From Pseudobdellovibrionaceae bacterium (GTDB taxonomy: Bacteria; Bdellovibrionota; Bdellovibrionia; Bdellovibrionales; Bdellovibrionaceae): 39,688 nucleotides of DNA. Of the stretch, positions 1-9,325 are shown piece after piece (the stretch's first letter is position 1; every line of letters starts with the position of its first letter). Under the pieces are notes generated by a model, which did no database searches, was not told the DNA's origin, and saw only the letters and a list, made by a program, of their open reading frames with translations. The stretch covers positions 1 through 39,688 of the forward strand of contig CANBND010000001.1 in assembly GCA_947370945.1 (NCBI GenBank). Direction: 5' to 3'. Position numbers and translations under genes: made by a program.

Positions 1-172
1 GGATCATTTCGGCCAACGACAAACCCAGCTCTGCAGAACTCATGGCACCCGCAAGTGTCACAAGCATCAAGCCGCCTTCGTCGATATGTTTTTTATAACC
101 AATGGCTCCGTCTTTTAATGCGGCTGCGTTGAAGTGTCTGTAGTGATGATCGATAAAATTTGTGATTGTCAT
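1..172 (-). CDS. Deoxyhypusine synthase-like protein, 5' part (runs off the window start)
   Basis: Manual translation from ATG at 172: MTITNFIDHHYRHFNAAALKDGAIGYKKHIDEGGLMLVTLAGAMSSAELGLSLAEMI. HFNAA and TLAGAMSSAELG are typical of bacterial DHS-family proteins. AAGGA SD upstream. Confidence 0.8.
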   Translation of the reverse strand, partial: MTITNFIDHHYRHFNAAALKDGAIGYKKHIDEGGLMLVTLAGAMSSAELGLSLAEMI

Positions 173-293
173 GATTTGCTTCCTTGTTGTTTATTAGATT
201 TATATTCTTTGTACCACTGATAAAATGTCACTGAAATCACAATCATACCCACGATAAAAATACAGGCGGCCATGCCGAAAAAAATAACTAGGC

Positions 294-1187
294 TCATGTT
301 GTCACAACTTTAATTTCAGTAATTTGTCTGACCACCCACGAAGCCATTGCAAGCCCGAATGCGCCCGTTACAAAACTGGCTGTTCCGTAAATCACGTTTC
401 GGTGTAAACACCCGTGCAAATTATTTTCACCTTGTGGACAAACACATTTAAAACCCTGACCCATATCATACTTTAATTCGACGGGCTCCATAGGTTGTTC
501 ATCTGAAAAAACGCAAGGGATGTTAAAAAATTTTTCTTTCGGGAAGTTATAATCTTGGCGTAATATCTTACGCACTGTATGTGACATCGGATCAATCGTT
601 GTTTTTGCAAGGTCCGTGATTTTAATTCGCGTGGGGTCCATCTTTGCAGAGGCTCCGCCGCTGGTGATGACTTTTAAATTTTGTGTACGACATTCGTTTA
701 ATAAAAATGTTTTTGCAGTTAAGTTATCAATGCAATCAATAATATAATCTGGTTTGTGCCCAAGGATTTCATGGGATGTGTCTTTGTTATAAAACATCGG
801 CAACGAAATAACTTTGGCTTGCGGATTAATTTTTTTCAAACGCTCACACATAACTTCGGATTTTTTCTGACCGACCAAACCTTGCAACGCATGCAATTGG
901 CGATTGGCATTTGTGATACAGATCTCATCAAAATCAATCAATGTGATTTGCCCAACACCACTGCGCGCGATGCTTTCGGCAGCCCAAGAACCAACGCCGC
1001 CTAGGCCTATAATCATCACGTGTGTGTTAAATAATTTTTTCATTTTATCATCGCCAACAAGACGACCCATACGATCGAATCTGCGATGAAGAGTGTAGTT
1101 GTCTTCTTTGATTTCAAAATTCGTATTAAACGGTTTTTTAATATCAATAACGGGATTAGATTCTGGCGGATTTATTTGTGTTTGCAT
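294..1187 (-). CDS. tcdA: ThiF/MoeB/E1-family tRNA threonylcarbamoyladenosine dehydratase (TcdA/CsdL-like)
   Basis: GLGGVGSWAAE nucleotide-binding loop, LIDFD, TNANRQLHAL, IIDCID, C-terminal GTASFVTGAFG. Confidence 0.85.
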   Translation of the reverse strand: MQTQINPPESNPVIDIKKPFNTNFEIKEDNYTLHRRFDRMGRLVGDDKMKKLFNTHVMIIGLGGVGSWAAESIARSGVGQITLIDFDEICITNANRQLHALQGLVGQKKSEVMCERLKKINPQAKVISLPMFYNKDTSHEILGHKPDYIIDCIDNLTAKTFLLNECRTQNLKVITSGGASAKMDPTRIKITDLAKTTIDPMSHTVRKILRQDYNFPKEKFFNIPCVFSDEQPMEPVELKYDMGQGFKCVCPQGENNLHGCLHRNVIYGTASFVTGAFGLAMASWVVRQITEIKVVTT

Positions 1188-1211
1188 GCGGCCAGAAAGA
1201 TAACAAATGAC

Positions 1212-2003
1212 TTACAATTTGAATAGCCTTTTAAAGTTTGAAGTCGTCGTTTCCAGCACTTTTATGGGAGAAATATCTTTGATTTTGGCGATTTCATTAG
1301 CAATTTGCCAAAGACTGGTCGAATCGTTCAACCCGCTCCATCCCGCTGGCGCTTGATCAGGAGAATCAGACTCTAAAAGTAGCTGAGACAATGGCGTCTG
1401 AGAAACGGCTTCGCGCAATTTTTTATTTTTGTCATAAGTCACAGCTCCGCCGATGGATAAGAAAAAATTCATCTTTAAATATTCAGATGCAATTTCAAAG
1501 CTGCCATTAAATGCATGAACAAATCCACCGCGATCTGGCGGATCCCATGTTTTTAAAATATGAATCGCTTCAGCGTGAGCCTGTACGATATGCATGACGA
1601 TCGGTTTGTTAATTAATTTTGCCAGTGCAATATGATTTTCAAAAAAAGTAATCTGTTTATGTTTTTGAAATTCTTCGTTACCAACTAAATATTTATCGCG
1701 AAAATCCAAACCTGTTTCACCCAAAGCGATGCAATCCTGAGTTCTTGTGGCCAGTTCGTCCATCGCTGATTCACAAATGTCCATTTCATTTTCAGAAATA
1801 AAATACGGATGCAAACCAAACGACAATAAAAAATTTTCGGGGAATTTATTTTTTAATTCAAGCTGCATATTCCAATCGGTGGGATTAACTCCACCCTGCA
1901 TAAATATTGAAATTTTTTGATCCAGTGATTTTTTTAATAATTCTGAAATATCGTGATTAAAATATCTGGGGTCGGCCCAGTGCGAATGCGCGTCGATGTA
2001 CAT
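1212..2003 (-). CDS. tatD: TatD-family metal-dependent hydrolase/DNase
   Basis: IDAHSH, GLHP, ALGETGLD, VHAFNGS, LLESDSPD motifs. Confidence 0.9.
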   Translation of the reverse strand: MYIDAHSHWADPRYFNHDISELLKKSLDQKISIFMQGGVNPTDWNMQLELKNKFPENFLLSFGLHPYFISENEMDICESAMDELATRTQDCIALGETGLDFRDKYLVGNEEFQKHKQITFFENHIALAKLINKPIVMHIVQAHAEAIHILKTWDPPDRGGFVHAFNGSFEIASEYLKMNFFLSIGGAVTYDKNKKLREAVSQTPLSQLLLESDSPDQAPAGWSGLNDSTSLWQIANEIAKIKDISPIKVLETTTSNFKRLFKL

Positions 2004-2065
2004 GGTAATAATATTGATGTATTAGTCGTGACAACGCCATTCTTTTTTTTCAAAGTTAATTTTAA

Positions 2066-2452
2066 TTATTTTACGCATTTTTGTAGTGTTTCCGAATAGC
2101 CGGTGCCTTGCCAAAATCCTGAATCCATTACCAGTTTTGGTTTTTCAACCCACCCACGTGAAACTTCAACATAGTATTTTGTATGTTCACAGTTTACAAA
2201 GTAATCAACATTTTGAATACCTAACATATCCCAATCTCCTATGTATTTTAGATCAGACAGAGAATCTGGATATATTCCGTTTCTCAATTTGTGCATTTCA
2301 AGAAGTGATACAACGGTCTTTAAATGCTGATCTCCGAATTTATTGTCTAATGGTCCGGTGATACCTGAACCAACAACTCTGTAAATTATAAAAATAAAAA
2401 CTGCAATTACGGATAGCGCGATATAAAGAGTTGTTTTTGACTTACTGCTCAT
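2066..2452 (-). CDS. Hypothetical single-pass membrane protein with a pilin/GspG-like segment
   Basis: N-terminal hydrophobic helix, then HLKTVVSLLEMHKLRNGIYPDSLSDL, resembling the pilin alpha1-C/GxYPxSLxxL region. No prepilin G|FxxxE motif. Confidence 0.6.
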   Translation of the reverse strand: MSSKSKTTLYIALSVIAVFIFIIYRVVGSGITGPLDNKFGDQHLKTVVSLLEMHKLRNGIYPDSLSDLKYIGDWDMLGIQNVDYFVNCEHTKYYVEVSRGWVEKPKLVMDSGFWQGTGYSETLQKCVK

Positions 2453-2559
2453 AAACCTATTTTATCAATATTTTTTTCCATGACAACACATATGAACGTC
2501 TCGTCTTCATTAAAGATACTTCGTACAGCAATCGACATAAAGCCGAGACCAAAGACCAT
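2449..2559 (-). pseudogene. Possible gene remnant or small ORF (36 aa) coupled to the 128-aa gene
   Basis: ATG at 2559 gives MVFGLGFMSIAVRSIFNEDETFICVVMEKNIDKIGL. Its stop overlaps the next start as ATGA (2449-2452). No family recognised. Confidence 0.2.
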
Positions 2560-2593
2560 AAAGACTTCTAGACTATTTTTTTTAAATATTTCT

Positions 2594-2601
2594 GCCGATA
2601 A
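2594..2601 (+). promoter_or_regulatory. Putative sigma28 (FliA) -10 box GCCGATAA
   Basis: Exact match to the FliA -10 consensus about 40 nt upstream of the ATG at 2640. The -35 match is weak. Confidence 0.4.
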
Positions 2602-2639
2602 ACAAACATAAGCACACTTTTGAAACCAGGAGAATTTTG

Positions 2640-3701
2640 ATGAAAACATTATCTTTACAAATGGGCTATGAAATTAAAACTGCGGCGGGCCCGGTGTTAA
2701 AACCCACTGAAATTAAAATTTGGGATCAAAGTTCGCGGTTTTCTGAATTCACTCCACAAGCTCCATTTAAATTTATGAATGATGCGCTGACAGGGCTTAC
2801 ATTTCATAAAATGAATGGCTTTAAAAATTTAACATTTACTGATCGCGTGTTTGCTGAACAATCATTAAAAGCATTGGATCCGTATTTTGAATTGTATCAA
2901 AAATCTGCGGCGAAATTAAAGCCGATCACACAAGCCGTTAAAATTGAAAATCCAAAAAATTATGCCTTGGCTTGCGAAAATTTTGAAAAACAGTTTTCTG
3001 ATTTCTGGGATCAAACAATAACTCAGGCAGAAATTTCATTTCAGTTTTTTGGCAAAGCCTTGGCCATCATTAATTCTTTCGAAGACCAACTGGGCGCCCC
3101 GTTTATTTACAATTTTTCTGTGAAATTTTCTGAAGGCTTTACTGAAAAATTAGTTTGTTTTTATTCTTTGTTATTTCATCTGCGCACTGTGATTGCCTTA
3201 GACCACAACGCGCATGTCGAAGACACTGTTTTTGAAACTTTGAAATGTGATTCAATCACTGATTATTTACCCAAGGCCGATTTTACAACCAACGATGCGA
3301 TGTTGTATTGGCAGTTTAAAAAATTATCGACGCCGTTCGTAGGACACAAAGATAAAGATGTTCGTATTGAAAAATTATTTGTTGATCCACTTGAGCGCGC
3401 ATTTTTTCAATATAATCACAACGCTTGTGCACTGATTGACCAATTACCAAAATCATTACTGACATCGTCATCACAAACTGAACTGGAAGAAGTTCTGCAT
3501 TGTGTGCAAATGGACTGGTTATTAGGAACTGGCGCGGGATTATTATTTCGCTTACGCGAAGAAGCTTACGGTGTTGTTCATGGCTACGATAATGTATTCT
3601 GGGCTGATGCTACGATGGCTAAAAATAAAAAATCATCAAGCCTTAAAATTTGTTTTGAACTGAATGAGGCTGATGTATTTACTCAGAAATCAGCGGCTTA
3701 A
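2640..3701 (+). CDS. Hypothetical cytoplasmic protein (353 aa)
   Basis: Long ORF with genome-like codon usage. AGGAGA SD supports the ATG at 2640 over the TTG at 2637. No motif recognised. Confidence 0.8.
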   Translation: MKTLSLQMGYEIKTAAGPVLKPTEIKIWDQSSRFSEFTPQAPFKFMNDALTGLTFHKMNGFKNLTFTDRVFAEQSLKALDPYFELYQKSAAKLKPITQAVKIENPKNYALACENFEKQFSDFWDQTITQAEISFQFFGKALAIINSFEDQLGAPFIYNFSVKFSEGFTEKLVCFYSLLFHLRTVIALDHNAHVEDTVFETLKCDSITDYLPKADFTTNDAMLYWQFKKLSTPFVGHKDKDVRIEKLFVDPLERAFFQYNHNACALIDQLPKSLLTSSSQTELEEVLHCVQMDWLLGTGAGLLFRLREEAYGVVHGYDNVFWADATMAKNKKSSSLKICFELNEADVFTQKSAA

Positions 3702-3716
3702 GGCAAAATCTATAAT

Positions 3717-4400
3717 TTAAGTCGCAATTTCTTTAGAACTTTTCCATTTTTTATAAAGATACACGCAACCTACGATTGCCAAAACAATTAAAATAAAAAA
3801 TTTGAATTGTTTAAACACGCCCAAAATTTCTGAACCAAAATGCGCTAACAATAAAATTTGTGTCGGCACTGAAATCGCGGCTGCAATACCATCAACAAGA
3901 ACAAATTTCCAGAGTGGCAACTTTCCCATTCCACAAGCCAAATGCCCTGGAAATCGAACACCTGGGGTAAATCTGAAAACCCCACAAGCAAAAATTCCGT
4001 ATTTATTTGTCCATGTTTCAATTTTTTTACGAACATCGGGCGTAATTACTTTCTTAACGGGTCCCCAATTAAAAATTTTGACTCCAAAAAATCTGCCTAG
4101 ACAATAAATTAAAAAATCTGAAAAAAATACGGCGAAGAATGCAACAATCGCAGCCGTCGTAGCGTGAACGTGCGGAGCACCTGGATAAGGCGGCGGAAAT
4201 TTATCAGGGTTTGATCCCATATAGGCTAAAATTCCTACGCTAACGAGAGTGACTTCTTCGGGCAATGGCAACCCCACCGATGATAATAACATCATCGTCA
4301 CCAAGAAAAAATAAACCCACTGCGGCTGATACGCATATTCTGCCAAGCAGGTTAATTTATCTGAATTATGAATAAGGCAAGTCACTGTTTCTGAAATCAT
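3717..4400 (-). CDS. dedA: DedA-family (SNARE-associated) membrane protein
   Basis: GLPLPEEVTLV, SDFLIYCLGR, FRFTPGVR and several TM helices. Confidence 0.9.
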   Translation of the reverse strand: MISETVTCLIHNSDKLTCLAEYAYQPQWVYFFLVTMMLLSSVGLPLPEEVTLVSVGILAYMGSNPDKFPPPYPGAPHVHATTAAIVAFFAVFFSDFLIYCLGRFFGVKIFNWGPVKKVITPDVRKKIETWTNKYGIFACGVFRFTPGVRFPGHLACGMGKLPLWKFVLVDGIAAAISVPTQILLLAHFGSEILGVFKQFKFFILIVLAIVGCVYLYKKWKSSKEIAT

Positions 4401-4491
4401 AATCTTGATAGTCTGAGGTTAGAAATCTAAAAAGTTAAGCATAAATGTTAAGACCTTGAATCAAAGCGCCACACTGTGCTATTTGATTTTA

Positions 4492-5373
4492 ATGGAAACA
4501 ATTGTCTCTTCACAGGGTTTTGAATACGGAGTTAAGCATTTTTTTGCACCTCACAAAGGTCGAGCCATCGATATTATCCAATCTGTCTTAAATTTAAGCG
4601 ATAGCGAATTTATGGATTTATTTAAACTTGGGGCGATTTACACAAAACAACAACGCCTGACTGAATTTAATTTGATGTTGGCCGAAAATACAATGATTCG
4701 AATTCACACAAAACCCCGCAGATACTTTTGTGATTACGATTGGGAAAAATTTATTGTTTTTCAAAACGATGATTTTTTAATTTTAAATAAACCCGCCGGC
4801 GTCCCCAGTCATCCGTCTGTTGATAACATCATCGAAAATTCACTGACACAAACTGAATACGCTACGGGCGAAAAACTGCACATTTCACACCGGCTGGATA
4901 CGACAACTGAAGGCCTGATCGTTTACGGAAAAACTAAAGATTTTGTTAAAAGTTTTAATCAACAAATCCAGAATCACACGATCGAAAAAAATTATGTTGC
5001 GTTATGCGAAACCGACCACGAACTTCCGAAAAAAGTCATTCATTACATGGAACAATCCCCGCGCGCACCCAAAAAAGTGTCTGCCATATTTTCAGAAAAT
5101 TCAGATTTTTGTGAGCTCGAAATTCTTGAACAAAAAAAGATGGATACCGATTTGTCGTGGGTGAAAATTAATTTACTGACGGGACGCACTCATCAAATTC
5201 GTGCTCAGATGTCAGAATTAAAAGCTCCGCTGTGCGGTGATGTTTTGTACGGCGCACGCACACCGTGGGATAAAAATAAAAATGCAACCCAACAGATCGC
5301 ACTACGCTCACAGTTGATTGATTTTTTTTGGAATGATCAAAGACAACGTTTTGAATTACCTGAACAGTTTTAA
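4492..5373 (+). CDS. RluA/RluD-family RNA pseudouridine synthase
   Basis: LNKPAGVPSHP, HRLD (catalytic Asp), LLTGRTHQIR, PLCGDVLYG. The ATG at 4492 is preferred over the TTG at 4456. Confidence 0.9.
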   Translation: METIVSSQGFEYGVKHFFAPHKGRAIDIIQSVLNLSDSEFMDLFKLGAIYTKQQRLTEFNLMLAENTMIRIHTKPRRYFCDYDWEKFIVFQNDDFLILNKPAGVPSHPSVDNIIENSLTQTEYATGEKLHISHRLDTTTEGLIVYGKTKDFVKSFNQQIQNHTIEKNYVALCETDHELPKKVIHYMEQSPRAPKKVSAIFSENSDFCELEILEQKKMDTDLSWVKINLLTGRTHQIRAQMSELKAPLCGDVLYGARTPWDKNKNATQQIALRSQLIDFFWNDQRQRFELPEQF

Positions 5374-5382
5374 GGCGCGCTC

Positions 5383-6324
5383 TTAGTACAGCGTCGCCAC
5401 AGTCATCAATGTAAAACCATCAGCGTATTCACCCGTTTTAATCAGATCTTTTTTGTGGCTGTAACCAACTGTAAATGACAGTGGTTTTGCTACGTTAATT
5501 CCTAGACCTAAACGGTAATCAATATTTGTTTTTCTGTATTCAGTTAAATTATTTGCTCCTGAAGAATTTGTCCACGTGTCTTCGGCTTCGTAACCTGGTT
5601 TTAATGAAAATATTTTGCTCAGGTCATAAGTAAATTCAACACCATGCTTATAAGCGAACATATCTGTCGTCTTCACATAACCCTTATCATCCGTAAAAGT
5701 TGTCGCACGTTGAAAATAATATTGCGGAGAAATCCACAATCTGAATGAATTATAACGACCAACATAAATTTTCATTTCATTTTCTAAACGTAAAGATGCG
5801 ATTTCGCCCTGAGCTTTTGAATTTTCACTGGTCGGCAAATATAAACGTGGCTGACTTTTTAAAGTCACTTTCGCGGGCAATGTGTCTTGTAACAAATTTG
5901 AAAACGTCATCAGTAACGACATGTCACGCGTGTCGACTTTGTCTGTGGCTTCTTTGCCGAATTTATCTGTACCTGCTGTTGAATAATTAAATGAATGACG
6001 TACTGATAACCTAAAATCACTTGAAAAACGGTATGACAAAGCCAAATAATCTTCGAAAAAATACATCGATTGCTGACCTTTACCGTCAGTTAATTGTGAA
6101 CGATCGATTCCACCAATACTAAAAAAAGTAATCCCAAAAGAACTGCGTCCGGATTCGTAATCAACCCCTGAAACTTTCGTTGTTTGCGCAACAGGTGCGG
6201 CATCCGTATTTTTTGCTTCGGGCTTTGTAGCTTCTGTTGGAATTTTTAATGAAGAATTTTCGACCTGCGCCGAAGAAATATAAGAGATTAAAAGGGCAGC
6301 AACGAATAGTGATATTGATTTCAT
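5383..6324 (-). CDS. Secreted putative outer-membrane beta-barrel protein
   Basis: Start at 6324 (MKSISLF..., GAGG SD) gives a signal peptide ending ISSA-Q. Alternating amphipathic strands and a C-terminal aromatic residue (VATLY). Confidence 0.65.
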   Translation of the reverse strand: MKSISLFVAALLISYISSAQVENSSLKIPTEATKPEAKNTDAAPVAQTTKVSGVDYESGRSSFGITFFSIGGIDRSQLTDGKGQQSMYFFEDYLALSYRFSSDFRLSVRHSFNYSTAGTDKFGKEATDKVDTRDMSLLMTFSNLLQDTLPAKVTLKSQPRLYLPTSENSKAQGEIASLRLENEMKIYVGRYNSFRLWISPQYYFQRATTFTDDKGYVKTTDMFAYKHGVEFTYDLSKIFSLKPGYEAEDTWTNSSGANNLTEYRKTNIDYRLGLGINVAKPLSFTVGYSHKKDLIKTGEYADGFTLMTVATLY

Positions 6325-6420
6325 AAAAACCTCTTTATTTAAAGTTGTAATCTGTGTATCACACTGCACAAGTGAAGTCTAAAACTAGCTAATTTAACTA
6401 TGAGTGGCTAAGCTTTTGAC

Positions 6421-7554
6421 ATGAACAAAATACATCAAAAGCACCCTTCCATTGTTAAGTTTTCGTTAGCAACAATCATAAGCCTGATCTTTACATCAGG
6501 ATGCTCTACGACGATCGAAAAAAACACAAACAACACTTCATCAGCCACTCCTGTAACCGCCGTTTCAAAGGCCGCTGATGAAATCTCGGTCATGACTTTT
6601 AATGTCGAAAATTTATTTGATACAGTTCACGACGAAGGCACCGAAGACTATACCAATTTGCCCCTGTCTGAAAAACAAAAACCTGAGGTCCAAAAATTTT
6701 GTTCTGAAGTTAAAATTTCTTTTTATAAAGCAGAATGTTTTACTAAAAACTGGGATGCCGAAGCATTGAAATTTAAATTATCACAGTTGTCAAAAGTCAT
6801 CCGAAATACAGATAATGGCAAAGGCCCTGATGCCATTATGATGGCCGAAGTCGAAAATCAAAATGTTTTAAACCAATTGGCAAAAACCGAATTAAAAGAT
6901 TTAGGTTACCAAACTGTTGTTGTGATTGAAGGCCCTGACCTGCGCGGCATTGATCCTGCGTTTATTTCAAAGTTTCCCCTTGCTGAAAAGCCAAAATTAC
7001 ATTTAATTCCGTACACAGATCCCGATCCCGAACAGTTAAAACACGCCAAACGTTCACGGGGTATTTTAGAAGTTACGGTGATTTTACCGAATAAAAAAAA
7101 TCTGACGTTTTTGATCGGACACTTCCCTTCGCAGGCCGCACCAACAGCATGGCGTAAGCAGGCTTCAGAATTTGCGACGAAAAAAATGTTGGAACTGGCC
7201 GCCGAAAACAAAGCCGTCATCATGGGCGGCGATTTAAATATCACAGCCGACGAAGAAGATTCATCAGGTTATTTTTCAAAAATATTTTCATCGGCAGGGC
7301 AAGTTTCGCATTTGGTTGGTTGTAAAAATTGTGAAGGTTCGCATTTTTACAAAGGCCACTGGTCATTTTTGGACGTCCAAATTTATGGAAATAAAATTGA
7401 TCAAGCTGGTCTTCAGTTAATTCCTGAATCAATCACTGTATTGAAAACACCAGTTCACATGAAACGAAATGGTACGCCACTGAGATTCAGCGAAGAAAAA
7501 AAAGAGGGCGTGTCTGACCACTTCCCTCTTTATTCACGATTAAGATTAAAATAA
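6421..7554 (+). CDS. Endonuclease/exonuclease/phosphatase (EEP) family lipoprotein, probable extracellular nuclease
   Basis: Lipobox TSGC; MTFNVENLFD, AEVEN, GGDLN, SDHFP catalytic motifs. Confidence 0.88.
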   Translation: MNKIHQKHPSIVKFSLATIISLIFTSGCSTTIEKNTNNTSSATPVTAVSKAADEISVMTFNVENLFDTVHDEGTEDYTNLPLSEKQKPEVQKFCSEVKISFYKAECFTKNWDAEALKFKLSQLSKVIRNTDNGKGPDAIMMAEVENQNVLNQLAKTELKDLGYQTVVVIEGPDLRGIDPAFISKFPLAEKPKLHLIPYTDPDPEQLKHAKRSRGILEVTVILPNKKNLTFLIGHFPSQAAPTAWRKQASEFATKKMLELAAENKAVIMGGDLNITADEEDSSGYFSKIFSSAGQVSHLVGCKNCEGSHFYKGHWSFLDVQIYGNKIDQAGLQLIPESITVLKTPVHMKRNGTPLRFSEEKKEGVSDHFPLYSRLRLK

Positions 7555-7562
7555 AAATTTAA

Positions 7563-8534
7563 TTAATTTAATAGTCGTGATAAATCAACAACAGGACGTG
7601 CATCACAAGATTGTGCCTGTGATTTAAATTTTGCCGTTGGTATTTCAACTGTCGAATCTGATAAAACAACCTCTGCAGGATTAGTGATCTTGCCATCCGG
7701 TTTTGCCAAATCGATATTGATACTCAATCGACCGTTCATCGAAACACACTGATCTAATTTGATGGCTAAATTTTGTTGATCATTTGTAAAATTAATTTGA
7801 CCTTGCTTATTACCCGTTCGAACCAACTGCATTTTAATATTTGAAATTTGCAGCTCATTATTTAAATCCGAAACTTGACCCGACCACGCTAATTTATATG
7901 TCGCCTCGAAATTGATGGTTGTGTTTTTATCTGATTTTGAAGACGTCGTATCAATGCGTGAAATTTTCACAGAATAAAGATTTGCATCAGCTGTTGCCGA
8001 AATTAGAATACGATCCGAAATATTAACTATGCTAAAATCACCTTTTTTAGTTTTCAAATCACCCTTAGCGGTCACAGCTTTAAAAATATTTTTAACAAAA
8101 ATTAATTTTTGTAATTTTGAATTTGCATCAACTGACAATTCTTCAACGTTGTAACTCAGCTGTGAAACTGTCGCCATCGGTTTTTGTTTATCCGGAGCAA
8201 CAGATTCTAATGTTAATTCTGCAATTTCACCAGGTGCTTTGACTTGATCCGAAGGCTTTAAAATCAAAAATCTTGAACTTGCATATTCTGGATTCAAAAC
8301 AGCTTTGGTTAAAACCAAAGCTTCAGCCAAACGATCAAATGACACTGCAAAAAGTGCGTTCGTTTCATTCGGATTCATTTCAATGGGCTTTGCATCGGCT
8401 GTATTATTTTGAAAAGCTTTTGCTGCAGCGGCAGCTGTTTTCATATCAACATCTTTGGGCTGACATGACGACATAAACGATACAGAAACTAGAATAACTA
8501 AAAATACACTGTTGACAGTATTTGTTGATTTCAT
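7563..8534 (-). CDS. Hypothetical beta-rich lipoprotein
   Basis: Signal peptide II with MSSC lipobox and GGGGAG SD. No family recognised. Confidence 0.75.
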   Translation of the reverse strand: MKSTNTVNSVFLVILVSVSFMSSCQPKDVDMKTAAAAAKAFQNNTADAKPIEMNPNETNALFAVSFDRLAEALVLTKAVLNPEYASSRFLILKPSDQVKAPGEIAELTLESVAPDKQKPMATVSQLSYNVEELSVDANSKLQKLIFVKNIFKAVTAKGDLKTKKGDFSIVNISDRILISATADANLYSVKISRIDTTSSKSDKNTTINFEATYKLAWSGQVSDLNNELQISNIKMQLVRTGNKQGQINFTNDQQNLAIKLDQCVSMNGRLSINIDLAKPDGKITNPAEVVLSDSTVEIPTAKFKSQAQSCDARPVVDLSRLLN

Positions 8535-8684
8535 AAATCTCCCCGATAAAAAACTTAACGGTAATGTAATTTAGAAATCAAAAAAGAGCGAACTTTTACT
8601 GGGCGTCAAACCGAAGCTTGACGAAATACTGACAAAAACGGCGTTTTTAATGAAAAAAATACTGAAAATTTGGCAAATAAAAAC

Positions 8685-9176
8685 CTACGAATGCAACTGG
8701 AGCTGGCTTTTGATGTCTTTCCAGAACCAATTCAAATTGGGATCGGTGGATATCACATCTGAAATCGGGTTTGACGTCAGGCGCATTTGAATTCGCAGAA
8801 ACTGCTCTAACTCATCAAAACCGGGACCGATGGTCACGACGTGTAATTCTTCGATGGTCGATAATTTTTTAAAAAGCTCTTTGAGATCTGAAAATTTTCC
8901 GTAATCATTTCGGCGTAAAATTAAATCAGGTTCAATATCCAATTTCATCCATCTGTTGAACAAGGCCGCTTGGATGACATTTTTTAAATGCGTTTTTTGA
9001 TGAAAATTTAATTTTGAAAAAACATCCTGTTCATTCATCGCCAAAAACAAATCACAATTGATAAATTGATTTTCTGCGGATTTCACAGAGGTCATGACTT
9101 CAGGTATACGAAGAAGTGATCTTCGTACAAATGCATCGTCTATTAAAGCTCCGTCCGTGAAGTATATGACCGTCAT
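8685..9176 (-). CDS. Hypothetical protein; degenerate miniature malonyl-CoA:ACP transacylase (FabD/AT)-like fold
   Basis: By-eye alignment to FabD/PKS AT domains: IQAALFNRWMKLDIEPDLIL and VVTIGPG. The catalytic GHSxG is replaced by RRNDYG. Confidence 0.6.
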   Translation of the reverse strand: MTVIYFTDGALIDDAFVRRSLLRIPEVMTSVKSAENQFINCDLFLAMNEQDVFSKLNFHQKTHLKNVIQAALFNRWMKLDIEPDLILRRNDYGKFSDLKELFKKLSTIEELHVVTIGPGFDELEQFLRIQMRLTSNPISDVISTDPNLNWFWKDIKSQLQLHS

Positions 9177-9325
9177 AGTCTGACTTTAGGCTAATTGACT
9201 TAAGTTCAGAAATCGAGACCCAACCGTGCTTAATTAAAAAACTAGACCTATTTCTAGATTATCCCAAAAATCCATACCAAGGCTACCCTAAGATCTAGGG
9301 CTGTTGCTATCGTAGAGACTGCAAC

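Noticed and set aside
8604-8648. Short inverted repeats CGTCAA-N8-TTGACG and AAAAACG-G-CGTTTTT
   Set aside because: Arms of 6-7 bp are expected by chance, and no second copy was seen in the window.
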